Source: Scyliorhinus canicula (taxonomy: Eukaryota). Taken from it: 64,000 nt of DNA. Under the pieces are notes generated by a model. That model was not told where the DNA came from. It did not search any database and saw only the letters and a list, made by a program, of their open reading frames with translations. Position 1 is the first letter of the stretch. Each line of letters begins with the position of its first letter. Below are positions 37,791-50,217 of the stretch, piece by piece. A program made the position numbers and the translations under genes. The stretch lies in assembly GCF_902713615.1 (NCBI RefSeq), contig NC_052159.1, positions 29,253,709 through 29,317,708 of the forward strand, in the 5' to 3' direction.

Positions 37791-38519
37791 CATATTCCTT
37801 TTGTTTGCTGAGAATTCGTCTCTGCGAATGAATGTACACCACTTCTAGCATGTGTAAATGTGTTTTGCGCATGTGCTTCCAGAATGTTTCTCGTTCGACT
37901 GATTATCTTGAATTGGTTGCTCGTGTAGCTATTAGGGTGGGGCATGTGCTGCCATTCACACCAATGGTTGTTTTGAGTTTTGCAAGTGCAGGCTGGTGGA
38001 GTACAATCTGTTCTCTGCCTATTACCCACCATCGCAAGGGATCGACTGACCTGTGCTGTATCCATTTGATGATTCTAAAGCTGGATAGATTTTTGATTTG
38101 TCGGGAATCGAGGGATATGGGGAGCAGAAGGAAAAGTGGGGTTGAGGTTGAAAATCAATCATGATTGTATTGAATGGTGGTGCAGGCTCAAGAGACAACA
38201 TGGTCTATTATAGTTCTGTGTATAATTCTGATTTATATTTGGAAGTAAGAATTACACTTCAAGATTTTTAAGATCCCTGGAAATGACTGAATCACAACTA
38301 AACAATTGAACACTGATTTCAGAATCTCACCAATTATTTGTATTCTGCTTCCCATCCCCTTCACCTCCATCCCTGCATCAAATAGATAGAATTATGCCCA
38401 TTCCACCTGATAACACTCTAGTTGAACTGTGACTAACTGTGAGTTTGTTTTTTGAGACTTTTTGAAAGGCTCCAGATCTTTCTGTAATTGACCCTCGAGG
38501 GAAATCAGTTCCCTCTAAC

Positions 38520-39320
38520 TGGATGGAATTGAAAAGCAAAGAAGTTATGTTCAACTTGTGTAGAACCTTAGACCATGCGTGGAATACCTTGTGCAGTTCT
38601 TATGGTCTTATTGTAAAAAAAGATATGGAGACACTGGAGATGTTGCCTAAACATTTACTAAAATAATGCCAGAACTGTGAGGTTGCGAAAAGATGGAGAT
38701 GACAAACACGAGGGGACACAGCTTTAAATTGAGGGGTGGTAGATATAGGACAGATGTCAGAGGCAGTTTCTTTACTCGGAGAGTAGTAGGGATGTGGAAC
38801 GCCCTGCCTGCAACAGTAGTAGACTCGCCAACTTTAAGGGCATTTAAGTGGTCACTGGATAGACATATGGATGAAAATGGAATAGTGGAATAGGTCAGAT
38901 AGGCTTCAGATGGTTTCACAGGTCGGCGCAACATCGAGGGCCGAAGGAAGGGCCCGTACTGCACTGTAATGTTCTATGTTCTATGGGTTTGATCTGAGAA
39001 GTCTTCAAGGTTATTGAAAAGTTTGATGGGGATATATGTAGATCAGATATTTCCACCAATAGGGGAGACCAAAACTAGACGCCTTAAGATGGCCCTGTTG
39101 GGAATTGGGAGTGAACTACTTTGTGTATTCTAACCATTTTTTGGTGTAATATACTTGTACAAAGAGTAGTTGAGGCGAATTGCATAGATGCATTCAAGGG
39201 GGAGCTAGATAAACACCTGGCAGGAATGTTATGTTGATGGTGTTAGATGAATGGTGAGCAGGCTTGTGTGAAGCATAAAAGACCATTTACTTTACTGGCT
39301 TGAATGACCTGCTTCTGTAG
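38520..39320 (+). mobile_element. Old CR1 remnant containing a younger 5'-truncated CR1 3' end (~38690-38985)
   Basis: TRGHSFKLRGGRYRTDVRGSFFTRRVVGMWNALP followed by the tail GTTCTATGTTCTATG. Confidence 0.8.
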
Positions 39321-39682
39321 AGCTGTCACTCCCATTGTTTTATCTTTTGCCATGTGCCATTAGCGCTAATTTGAGCAAATAGCAGGAGGTATGCATTTTT
39401 TACTAGCCCTTGGGATCCAAGAAAGTTAAGGCACGCTAAAGGACCTGGAATTTCCTCCCTTTAATATTGGGTGCTGCTGGCAGAAATGCAACATACACAT
39501 TGTCAACAAAGTATTAATATAAAATTGCTTAAATGGAATAGGAGAATTCTGGAAATCACAGTTTTTATTCTGATGTAGGATAATAAGTGCTGAATATTAT
39601 TTGATTGTTATAAAGTGTTCCTCTTCGGTCATTGAGTTCATTGGTACTTAGCATTCATCCATTCTGTCTTATTCCTTTCCAG

Positions 39683-39763
39683 GTTACCCTGCAGGTTACC
39701 CGACAACTGCTCCTGCCTATACTGCCAATATGTATGCTAGTGGCAGTCCTGGATATCCTCCTG
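39683..39763 (+). CDS. FAM168A: FAM168A coding exon 2 (G-YPAGYPTTAPAYTANMYASGSPGYPP)
   Basis: Acceptor tcctttccag, 81 nt, phase 1-1, donor CTG|gtaagc. In frame with the previous exon. Y/P/A-rich peptide resembles human [27 protein letters not shown]. Confidence 0.93.
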
Positions 39764-40216
39764 GTAAGCTTTCTATATTATTTTTAATCCACACTTACTA
39801 CTTTAAATTAATCAAAACACAAATCTTTTGCATTGTAATCCAGGCGATAGATTACGTAATTTCTTATTGCTTGAGTATGCAACTACTTCCAGTTGGACAG
39901 AAATTGATATTTCTATTTTATTATTTTTTTTTTTACCTCACTTTAGTTGCAGCTAGCAAGTTGAATTTATTGAGTAGAAAACTGACCAAGATTGGGGGTG
40001 GTGGGGAGGAAGGATCTCATGGTCATGAAACTGAGGGACGAGGAAAAGGCATCTGTTTCAACACATTACTGTGGCAAAGATTCCTAAGGCATAAATTAAG
40101 GTGGAATTACAACAACACATTGGGAATATATCAGTCTTTCAGTTTCATTTATGTAATTTCTAAGTTCACTCAGAATCCAACAGTTGTTTCCCATTCTTCA
40201 AATAATAAAAAGGCGA

Positions 40217-40461
40217 TACATAGAATCATAGAATTTACAGTGCAAAAGGAGGCCATTCGGCCCATCAAGTCTGCACCGGCCAATCCACCTAACCTGCACA
40301 TCTTTGGACTGTGGGAGGAAACCGGAGCACCCGGAGGAAACCCACGCAGAAACAGGGAGAAAGTGCAAACTCCACACAGACAGTCACCCAAGCCGGGAAT
40401 CTAACCTGGGACCCTGGAGCTGTGAAGCAACTATGCTAACCGCCATGCTACCGTGCTGCCC
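40217..40461 (-). mobile_element. HE1/V-SINE with internal deletion
   Basis: The core joins the tail directly at GCACCGGCCAATCC. Confidence 0.87.
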
Positions 40462-40894
40462 ACAATACCTGTAATTGTTAACCATAACATGTACTTTTTG
40501 TACTTTAGATGTGGAAAATACTTGGTAGTGAAATAACTTCTCCCATTGCAGCATATGTAAGAAGGATTGCTCACTATTCTGTAATATTTAACCGCTGTCT
40601 CCCTTATTAGTTTTCATGAGTTAAATCTCATCATCCAGCACCAATGGGTAATCTATTTCTAGCAGAAATGCTTCAACTCCCTAAGTGCTGATGGAAACAT
40701 GAGCTTCAGTTTCTAGCTGTGGTTTATTTGCTTTAATTTCCTCCAAGGGCCATAGGGACCAGTTTGAAAACCATGGAAACGTCTGGGATTCAGGTGGAGT
40801 TCCAAGGCATTTCACACATGATTCCATTATCACTCTTAGACAGATTTTCGTTGGAAACTCATTGCTTTTATTATTATCAATAAAGTGAGTATAA

Positions 40895-41325
40895 TCCCTG
40901 GCTTGGTTGGTAATATTCTTGCTTCTGAGTCACAAGGTTCTGGCTTCCAATTCCAACTCGAGGGCTTGAGCACAAAATGCTAGGCTGACTCCAGTGCAGT
41001 ACTGATTGAGCTCCAGATGAGGAGTTAAACTCTGGTCCCATCCAACTGCATGGAAGGATGTAAAGTATCTCATGGCACTATTTTCAAAAGAGCAAGGGAG
41101 TTTTTCCCCAGTGTCCTGGCCAGTATTTAGTCCTGTTGCAACATCACAGAAAACAGATTATCTGGTCACTATCACATTGCCGTTTGGGAGTTGGCCATGT
41201 ATAGAGTGGCTGCAGCATATCCTAAATTACAACAGTGACTACACTTCAAAAGTACTTAATTGGCTGCAAAGTACTTTGAGGTGTCGAGTGGTTGTGAAAC
41301 ATGCTGTATAAATGCACGCTTTTAT
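40895..41325 (+). mobile_element. Deu-domain SINE (SacSINE1-like)
   Basis: tRNA-like head, Deu-like core GATGTAAAG.ATCTCATGGCACTATTT..AAGAGCAAGGGAGTT..GTGTCCTGGCCA, and 3' end ...TATAAATGCA. Confidence 0.78.
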
Positions 41326-41904
41326 TTATTTCAAGCTATTTATGATGTTAACTGTGCCTACATTTTGGGCTCCTTATGCTGTCTGTATTTTACGAACCAC
41401 TGCTTAAAATGGCCACTATTTGTAAGGGGTTCCCCATGGGAACATTTCAAAAATACATTTAATTTTATTCATTTAAAAAAAATTAAATGCATATACCAGA
41501 TGAGCTATTACTAAGGAATAGTGATTAAAACAAATTTTTAAAATATTTCAGAAGTGATTCGTTTGTTACTGGTACTTTTTAAAAAAACCAGGTTTTTAAA
41601 AAAAGTTTTAAAAACTTTTTAAAAAACCTCCCATCATGGCAAATAGAGAATTCTAACCATTGACAGTGTATGAGATACCAAACTTGATCTCCACAAGCAA
41701 CCTTAGTAAACCAAAGTTTTGAGGGTACCTGGGAATGTGAGATGGAATCTCCTGCAGCAAAAGATGGATGTGTTGGTAAAATATCTGCCACCAACATTAT
41801 GCTCACGATTTTGAGGGGAGCTCATACTTATTAAGCAGTTTAGTTCAGAATATTGCTATTACTTCGGAGTAGGGCTAGGCCATTCAACCCCTCAATCCCA
41901 CTCG

Positions 41905-42597
41905 GCGGTATGTGGCACAGTGGTTAGCAGTTAGCACTATTGCCTCAGTGGCAGGGACCCGGGTTCAATTTCAGCCTCTGGTGACTGACTGGATTTTGCC
42001 CTTTCTCCCAGTGTCTGGGTCACTATCTAGGCAGAGTCTGCACGTTCTCCCCGTGCCTGCGTGGGTTTCCTCTGGGTGCTCCGGTTTCCTCCCACAGTCC
42101 AAAGATGTGTAGGTTAGGTGGATTGGTCAAGATAAATTGCCCCTTAGTGTCCAAAAGGGTAGGTGGGCTACTGGGTTACATAGAATCATATAATTTACAG
42201 TGCAGAAGGAGGCCATTCGGCCCATCGAGTCTGCACCGGCCCTTACAAAGAGCACCCTACTGAAGCCCACATATCTACCCTATCCCAGTAATCCCTACTT
42301 AACATTTTTTGGACACTAAAAATCCACCTAACCTGCACATCTTTGGACTGTGGGAGGAAACCGGAGCACCTGGAGGAAACCCACGCAGGCACGGGGAGAA
42401 CGTGCAGACTCTGCCTAGATAGTGACCCAGCCGGGAATCGAACCCGAGACCCTGGAGCTGTGAAGAAACTGTGCTAACCATTATGCTACCATGCTGCCCA
42501 CGGTTACGGTGATAGACTGGAGGCATGAGCTTAAACACTGTAATCTTTCCACGGGCCGATGGGTCAAATGGCCTTCTGCACTGTAAATTCTATGATT
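41905..42597 (+). mobile_element. HE1/V-SINE interrupted by an antisense HE1 copy
   Basis: Head and core 41905-42179. The tail resumes at 42502. Confidence 0.85.
42180..42501 (-). mobile_element. HE1/V-SINE nested antisense in another HE1
   Basis: Full element flanked by GGTTAC at 42174-42179 and 42502-42507. Confidence 0.88.
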
Positions 42598-43577
42598 TAC
42601 TACTTGATAGGATCATGGCCAATCTGATTGTGATATCAACTCTACTTTCATATCCACCTCAGAGTCTTGGTTAAAAAAGGAAGTAAATCTAACAGCGTTA
42701 AAATATATTCAGTTACCTTGTTTACACTGCTTTCGGGCAGAGAATTCTACAGGCTAATGACCCTCCAAGAAAATATTTCTTATCCTAAAAGGGAGACCCC
42801 TTTGTGTCCTGGTGGTGCTAGTTTCTCCCACAAGGGAAAACATCCACTTAGCATCTATCCAATGATAACCAAAACTTGTTTGTTCTCAGCCCCCTCCTGC
42901 ATTGATTTCCACATGAGAATCAAAAGACTTGTGTCAAGGGACACAGAAACATGGTATTTATGTAATGGCTCAAAATGCAGTGACTATTATATTATTTGAA
43001 ATGAAAATCGCTTATTGTCACAAGTAGGCTTCAATGAAGTTACTGTGAAAAGCCCCTATGTAAGCACAATCGTCATTTTGTGTGCAAGAAGGTTCCACAT
43101 ATATCAAGATGAATAATGGTTGGTCTTTGTTCATACCAGTTGAAGGAGGAATATTGGATAGGAAGTCTAGAAGCACTCTTTTGAATAGTTCCAACCACAC
43201 TAATAAGATGGCAACTGTTTAATGATTTCTCTGCAGAAAGGTAGTTGTAGCCAATGTCACACCCATCAATCTCTTATGACAAATAAGAGGACTCTATCCT
43301 GAGCCATTGTTAAGAGAATAGCTATTAGCTTAAATGGCATTCACCATAAAACTTCACTTTCAGTTTCATGGTTTTATGATCAGTAACGATATTGAAGAAA
43401 ATTAGTTTCAAACCGGGTCCAAAATTAGCAGTGCAGCTATGATCTACTCTTGTGTTCATGCAATCGAGCTTGGCTGTTACCTCCATGGTGAATGAAAGCT
43501 GTTTTTAAACCAGCGAATTATCAATTAGTAATTAATTTGTCCCAAATGGGCTAGCTGAATTTAAATAATTGCTAAAT

Positions 43578-46500
43578 TATTTTTTTGGAAATGTTTTTAT
43601 TAAGTTTCTAATATTTTGTACAAAATTACAAAACATACAGACACCTTTAACAAAACACCGACCTTCCAAAAACAAATCAGAAAAAAGATGAGAAATCCCA
43701 CAGCTACACATCACACCCCCTCCAAAAGCAGCTAACCGTGACAAATATAAACGGCCGCCAACTCTGGTAGAACCCTTCAATCGACCCCCTTTGATTTTCT
43801 CACGGTGCAAAAATTTCATCAAATCCCCTAGCCACACCGAAGCACTCGCAGTGTTGCCAACCTCCAGCCCAACAGGATCTATCTGCGCCACCAACGAGGC
43901 GAAGGCCAGGACATTGCTCCCACACAGATCCACAGCTCTGGCACATCCAAAATCCCAAAAATAGTCAGCAGGGGCAGGGTTCTAGCTCAATATTTAGGAT
44001 CACTGACATGGTGCCAAAAGTACCTCCGTGTGTGTGTGTATAGAGCAGTGCTTGCACCTATCGTCCCCACCCACAAAAACCTTTCTCATCCTCGCCTTGG
44101 TGAGGAGCACTCGAAACACTAACTGGATACGGCTCAGTCTCGCACACGACAACATTCACCCTCTGCAGCGCCTCACTCCACACCCCTTCCTTCAGCATTG
44201 GCCCCCAACTCCTCCGCCTATTTCTTTCACCTCTTCTACCAAACTCAAATCTTCCCCTGCTATCTACGCATTTATGCTAGGCATTGGAAGATGGCTGCAC
44301 CACCAGGAAAGCAGAGGAAAACCTCTTAAAGCTCCGCACCTTGAGGTACTGAAACATGTCCGAGCCTGACATCCCAAATTTCTCCTTCAGTTTCCCCAGG
44401 CTGGCAAATCAACCCTCCCAAGAATAAATCACCCACTGTCTCCAGTCCTTTCTCCCTCCATGCACAAAATATGGCATCCAGCCTTGCCGACTCAATTAGG
44501 TGGTTAGCACAAATGGGAGCCAGCCTTTAAGCGGCACCCAACTTAAAATGCAGGCAGAGTTGCCTCCATATTTTTAGCATGGGCACCACCACTGAATTCA
44601 GAGTACTTTGCCGGTGCCAATGGAAGTGCGCTGTTACCAATGCCCCCAAACCTGTCCCCCTACATGCCCCCAACTCCATCTGAACCCAGAGAGCTCCCAG
44701 GTTCCCACCCCAACCCAACACCACCTCTGTTAGCAGCCCAATAATAATACAGCAAATTTGACGACGCTAAGCCTTTCTCTCCCTCCAAATCCTTGGGGCC
44801 TTACCTGCCCAGATAAAACAGAAAATAAGCTGCTCGACCTTTCGGAAAAATGACTTGGGCAGATGACCAGGAGACACTGAAATAATAATCGAAATCTTGG
44901 CAAGATGTGCATCTTAACTGTTTGGACCCAGCTCACCAATGAAACCAGGAGGCTATCCTACCTCTGCAAGTCCACCTTAGCTCTACCCACCAGGCTTGTG
45001 CAGTTCAACCTCTAAAGCTGCCCTAATCCCCCGCTACCTGAACCCCTAGGTATTGAAACTAGTCCATGCCAACCGAAACGGCAAACCCCCCCCAAAAATC
45101 CGGCTCCCCTCCCTGATAACCACAAAATATTCCCTCTTTCCTATGTTCAACTTGTAAACGGAGAAGGCACCAAAGCGATACAAAATACCCATAATATTCA
45201 CAGAGGGCAACCCTAGATCCCTAAATTACGGCAGCAAATCATCCGTATGTAATACCCTATGCTCCACCCCATCTCTAATGATCCCAATCCATGCATTTGA
45301 GGCTCTCAAAGCAATGTCCAATGGCTCGATTGCCAATGCAAACAACAAGGGAGGCATGAGACACCCCTGCCTTGTACCCCTTGCAACCAAAAGGACCTGG
45401 AGCTCATGTTGTAGAATACGGAGCAACTGCACCCACGACACAAACCCAAGGCCAAACCCAAACTTCTCCAACACCGCAAAAAGGTACCCCACTCCACTTG
45501 TTCGAGCGCCTTCTCCGCATCTAGTGATCCGGCCACAGGGGTAGAACCACATTCGGCAACCGACGCCCATTCGACGACAACCTCTGCTCCTTCACAAACC
45601 CATCTGATCTTCCTTACTACCTCGGGGAGGTACGGTTCCAACCTTGATGCCAATACCTTGGCCAGTAACCTGGCATCCGCGTTTAACAGGGAGATTGAAT
45701 GATACAACCCACACTCTTTGGGGCTCTTATCTCCTCCTTCAGGGGCAACGAGGTGCGCATTGTCTCTGGAAGGTGCCCTGTGCAAAGGAATCCCTAAACA
45801 TGCCCAACAACAATTGACCCAACTGATCCGAAAACATCTGATAAAATTCCGCCTAGAACCCATCTGGCCCCGGTGCCTTCCCTGCCTGCATGTGCTTCAA
45901 TGTTGCCTGAATATAATCCAGGCGCAATGGTTCCTCCAGCAATGTCTTCCCCACCTTGGGAAAATCCAAACTCCCCCCAGAAACACTGCCATCTGTTGTT
46001 CATCCTCCAGTGGCTCCAACCTATGCAATCTCTCCTAAAAGGTTCTAGACAACCATTCACCTTCTCCGTGGCAGAGACCATCCTACTCTTCAAATCCCTA
46101 ACCTGAACAATCTCCCTCGCTGCCTCCTGCCGCCTTAATTAGTGAGGCAAGAGACGACAAACATTCTCTGCCCCTTTCGCCCGCCTCAATTGCCAAACCA
46201 TCCTATCAGTGGACAGCAAGTCAAACTGCATTTGCAGTTTTTTTTCTGCACCGGAGTCGGGTTTCTCGCATACATACAATCCATCCCTAGAATCGCATCT
46301 ACCAGTTTCCGTCACTCCTCCCTCGACTCCACGTCTTCCACATGTGCCTTAAACACTATGATCTCTTCCCTGATTACCATCTTCAATGCCTCTGCAAAAT
46401 AGAGGGTGAAACCTCCCGTTAGCATTATTTTCCACATACTCCCGTATGGCCCTCAATATCCTCACACAAAACCCCAAGTCTGATTGTAGCTGTCTGTCTA

Positions 46501-47190
46501 ATTGCCATCCCCTATGGTGCTCCCGACTGACCTCCAACACCAATGCACCCAATGATCTGAAATAACCACTGAATACTCAGCCTTCCTCACTCCAGCATGA
46601 AGAGTCCGAATCATTTAACAATAAATACATTTAGAGTATCCAGTTCATCTTTTCTTCCAATGAAGGGGAAATTTAGCATGGCCAATCCACCTAGCATGCA
46701 CATCTTTGGGTTGTGGATTGTGTGTTTCATAAATGATACATCATCACAATCTGGGGCATACACGTTCACTAGAACCATCTGCTTCCCCTCCAATGCCTGT
46801 ACTACCATCGCATATTCTGCCCCTCCGCCCTGATATAACCCTCCCCACCCAGAACCAAACCCTCTTATTAATTAGAATCGGCACCCCACCCCGGGGCCCT
46901 ACTATAAAGTGAAACACCTGGCTCACCCAGGTTTTCCAGCACCTATTCTGATCCCGTTCCCACATGAGTCTCTTGTAAAAACACCGCATTGGCTCCCATG
47001 AGTAAAACCCCTCGCCCTTTTTACCCAGGCCTCGCACGTTCCAGGTGATTAACCTTGTCGGGAGCCTCTCAACCCCCCCCCCCCCCTCCCCCCCCACATT
47101 ACCACTGTAATGCGCCAAACCTTCACCACCAATTCCCCGGCCACAGGCCCACCTCAGGTGGTCGCCTGCCCCACCCAATGAGTGAGACAA
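43578..47190 (-). mobile_element. Degenerate 5'-truncated L1/Tx1-like LINE (third copy)
   Basis: LITWNVRGL, VNVYAP, SISLLNADARLLAKVLA, GTRQGCLMPPLLFALAIEPL, HTDDLL, and an A-rich 3' end near 43578. Contains a partial HE1 SINE at ~46640-46720. Confidence 0.85.
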
Positions 47191-47486
47191 AGAAAATCCC
47201 CATCCAATGATTTAGAAATTCTGTTGGAACATAAACTCCATTTGGTCAGCAGTAGAACCTATAGCTTTAATCTGTTGTTTCCCAAAACCACCGTACTAGT
47301 AGCTCATCGCTTCCAGGAAAATGCATTTCATAAAACAAAGAACATGAAAAATCTTTATTGGGGATTTCAGAAAATTTGAAACACAAATACCATTTGCTGT
47401 CGGGCATGTATGCATATTGTACTGTTCATTTTGTCGAATATTCTTGGTGACCAGGGTAAATGCTGATGATAGCCAAGCTACTTAAC

Positions 47487-47815
47487 ATAGAATTCATAGA
47501 ATTTACAGTGCAGAAGGAGGCCATTTGGCCCATCGAGTCTGCACCGGCTCTTGGAAAGAGCACCCTACCCAAGGTTAACACCTCCACCCTATCCTCGTAA
47601 CCCAGTAACCCCACCCAACACTAAGGGCAATTTTGGACACTAAGGGCAATTTATCATGGCCAATAGAACCTAACCTGCACATCTTTGGACTGGGAGGAAA
47701 ACGGAGCACCCGGAGGAAACCCACGCAGACACGGGGAGGATGTGCAGACTCTGCACAGACAGTGACCCAAGCCGGAATCGAACCTGGGACCCTTGAGCTG
47801 TGAAGCAATTGTGCA
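47487..47815 (-). mobile_element. HE1/V-SINE, CR1-tailed
   Basis: Core and tail (CATAGAATT)x2. Confidence 0.88.
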
Positions 47816-48255
47816 ATTTTAAAAAGTGCGCCATTGTTTATCATTTTCATTTCAAGGTTTCTACCATGGTCCTGAATATTTAGGAAACGAAAGCTTTATT
47901 TCCTCATTGACCTGATGAAATGCAACACAAAGCTGCAGTTCGATATTGGATTCAACATGTTAGTGTAAATCTGCCTTCTAAATTCATGCTTCTAAGCAGC
48001 GCCATTGGGTATTGGCATTGTCAAACCCATCTACTGTGTCAGTTTCCCCAACATAATATGAAAATTCCTGGTAGCACATACACACACAAAAGTATACTCT
48101 TGTTTTATAGATATCTACCAATGACTCGAATAATCTGGCCGCCTGTCCTCCAAACTGTTTCCCTTTTCTAAAGAAAGATCCTTGTGTCATTCTATGATTG
48201 TGTCATTCTATGATTGTATGACAGTGTTTTCTCAGTTTTAAATGCCTTCCCGCAG

Positions 48256-48267
48256 AACAGATTTGTG
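48256..48267 (+). CDS. FAM168A: Candidate 12-nt FAM168A microexon (adds EQIC)
   Basis: Context aaaTGCcttcccgcag|AACAGATTTGTG|gtaatt. Symmetric phase 1-1 with no stop. TGC lies just upstream of the acceptor and TGCATG lies downstream at 48371. Confidence 0.5.
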
Positions 48268-49751
48268 GTAATTGTGGTTCACGTACAGTCACAGTATTAA
48301 TGATATGCTGAGCTTTCCTGGATCTGTCATGCTGTATGCATTTTATTGTGGCTCTTGTTGCAGGCCCGGGTGCATGATTTCTGGTCCACACTAAATCCAA
48401 GCATATTCAGTGACCTTGTAGGCTTGTTTCACTCTCTCTTTAAATGTTTTATGTTCTCTTTTGTGCTTTCATGAGCTGCATTATGGAGCCACAATGTTAA
48501 CTGAAATTAAACTCAATTGTTGGGAGAAACTATATGTCGTAACCATCAATGTTTGAATTTGCTTTCATTTGTTAATATAAAAAGATGAGATATCTAGGTT
48601 ATTTCAATGAAAGAAAGAAATATGAAGAAATTATACTCGTAAGCTTAAATAATCAAAGGTTACCTGTCACAAATTCTGAGCGTAGATTAGAGACAAAGGA
48701 TTGCATAATCAAAATTGTATTGGCATCCAAATTTTTTGTTTTAAATATGAAGGCTGAAGAAACCATTCCTTTTCACCTCTGGGTTTGAATACAACCTAGA
48801 TTAATTGGATAGAACCATACCAACTATATGGGCTATAGGAATTAGGGCATTCGTAACCAAGGTATGCTTCACTGCCTTTAATCAATTGGATACTCGACCG
48901 TTGGTGTTTGATGCTGACATTGAATGTCCAGTATTAATACTTTTTTCTGGCTTAACCATTGATGGTTACTGTACCAGAGAATGGTAGGGTTCCCATTCTG
49001 TTTTGTGCATACCCATGTAATGAATTGGTAACCTCCACTTGAACCATTTGCACCTCCCCAACAGTACAGAGAAAAGGAAAATATAAATTTATCGTAAATA
49101 TCATAAATTTATTCATTAAATTTCATTAAATTTATCATATGTATGTACTTTTGGTAGGACTGGCATTAATTCGAAATGGGTTGCCTCACCGTGCTCAGTT
49201 AAAAAGCAAAAGCTTGCACTCCTGAGCCCTTTTCACATTGGTAGGGTGTTGACCGAATAGTTCACACCTGTCATCACCTAAGAGAATGAGATGTAGGTAT
49301 GGAACTTGGGGAGCGAAACTGAGGTTCTTGAGTACATTGGCATAGGGAGTTACGGCCTTAAAAGGCAGCCTTAAAAGTGCGCTAATCTTCAGGTCCAGAT
49401 GAATTGCGCCCCACGTTGCTGTGGGAGGTGAGGGAGGAGATTGCAGGGGTTCTGACCCAAATTTTTTATTCCTCTCTGGCCACTAGGGAAGGTGCCAGAT
49501 GACTGGAGAACAGCTAATTTGGTTCTACTATTCCAGAAGGATTGTAGAGATAAGCCAAAGAACTACAGATCAGTGAGTCTCACGTCAATGGTAGGGAATC
49601 TATTGGTGAAAAATCTGAAGGAGAGAATCCAATTCCACTTGGAGAGGCAAGGTTGATCAGGTTTAGTCAGCATGGCTTTGTTAGAGAGAGGTCATGCCTA
49701 ACAAATTTGATTGTATTTTTGAAGAGGTGACCAGGTGTGTAGATGAGGGTA

Positions 49752-49933
49752 ATGAAATGAAATGAAAATCGCTTATTGTCACAAGTAGGCTTCAAAATGA
49801 AGTTACTGTGAAAGGCCCCTAGTCGCCACATTCCGGCGCCTGTTCGGGGAGACTGGTACGGGAATTGAACCGTGCTGCTTGCCTGCCTTGGTCGGCTTTA
49901 AAAGCCAGCGATTTAGCCCAGTGTGCTAAACCA
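49752..49933 (-). mobile_element. Short tRNA-derived SINE, second family
   Basis: Reverse complement of 28710-28894, with an (ATGAA)n tail. Confidence 0.85.
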
Positions 49934-49965
49934 GTAGTGCAGTTGGTGTAGAATATTTTTGGTTT

Positions 49966-50174
49966 GTTATATAAATTTAGAGCATCCACCTTTTTTCCAA
50001 TTAATGGGCAATTTAGCATGGCCAATTCACCATCTTTGGGGTGTCGAGGTGAGACCCATGCAGACACTGGGAGAATGTGCAAACTCTGCAAAGTCAGTGA
50101 CCTAGGGCGGGGATCGAACCCGGGTCCTCACTGCTGTGAAGCACAGTGCTAACCGCTGCAGCACTGTGCCGCCC
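49966..50174 (-). mobile_element. HE1/V-SINE, poly(A)-type
   Basis: Head GGGCGGCACAGTG, core, and tail ...TCTAAATTTAT with a degenerate TSD (GTTG.TGTA.A.TAT). Confidence 0.78.
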
Positions 50175-50217
50175 TGTTGATGTAAATTATGTGGATTTCA
50201 GCAAAGCCTTTGGCAAA

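Noticed and set aside
39730-40404. 224-aa + strand ORF starting MYASGSPGYPPG
   Set aside because: Only the first codons belong to the FAM168A exon. The rest reads through the donor into intron and a SINE.
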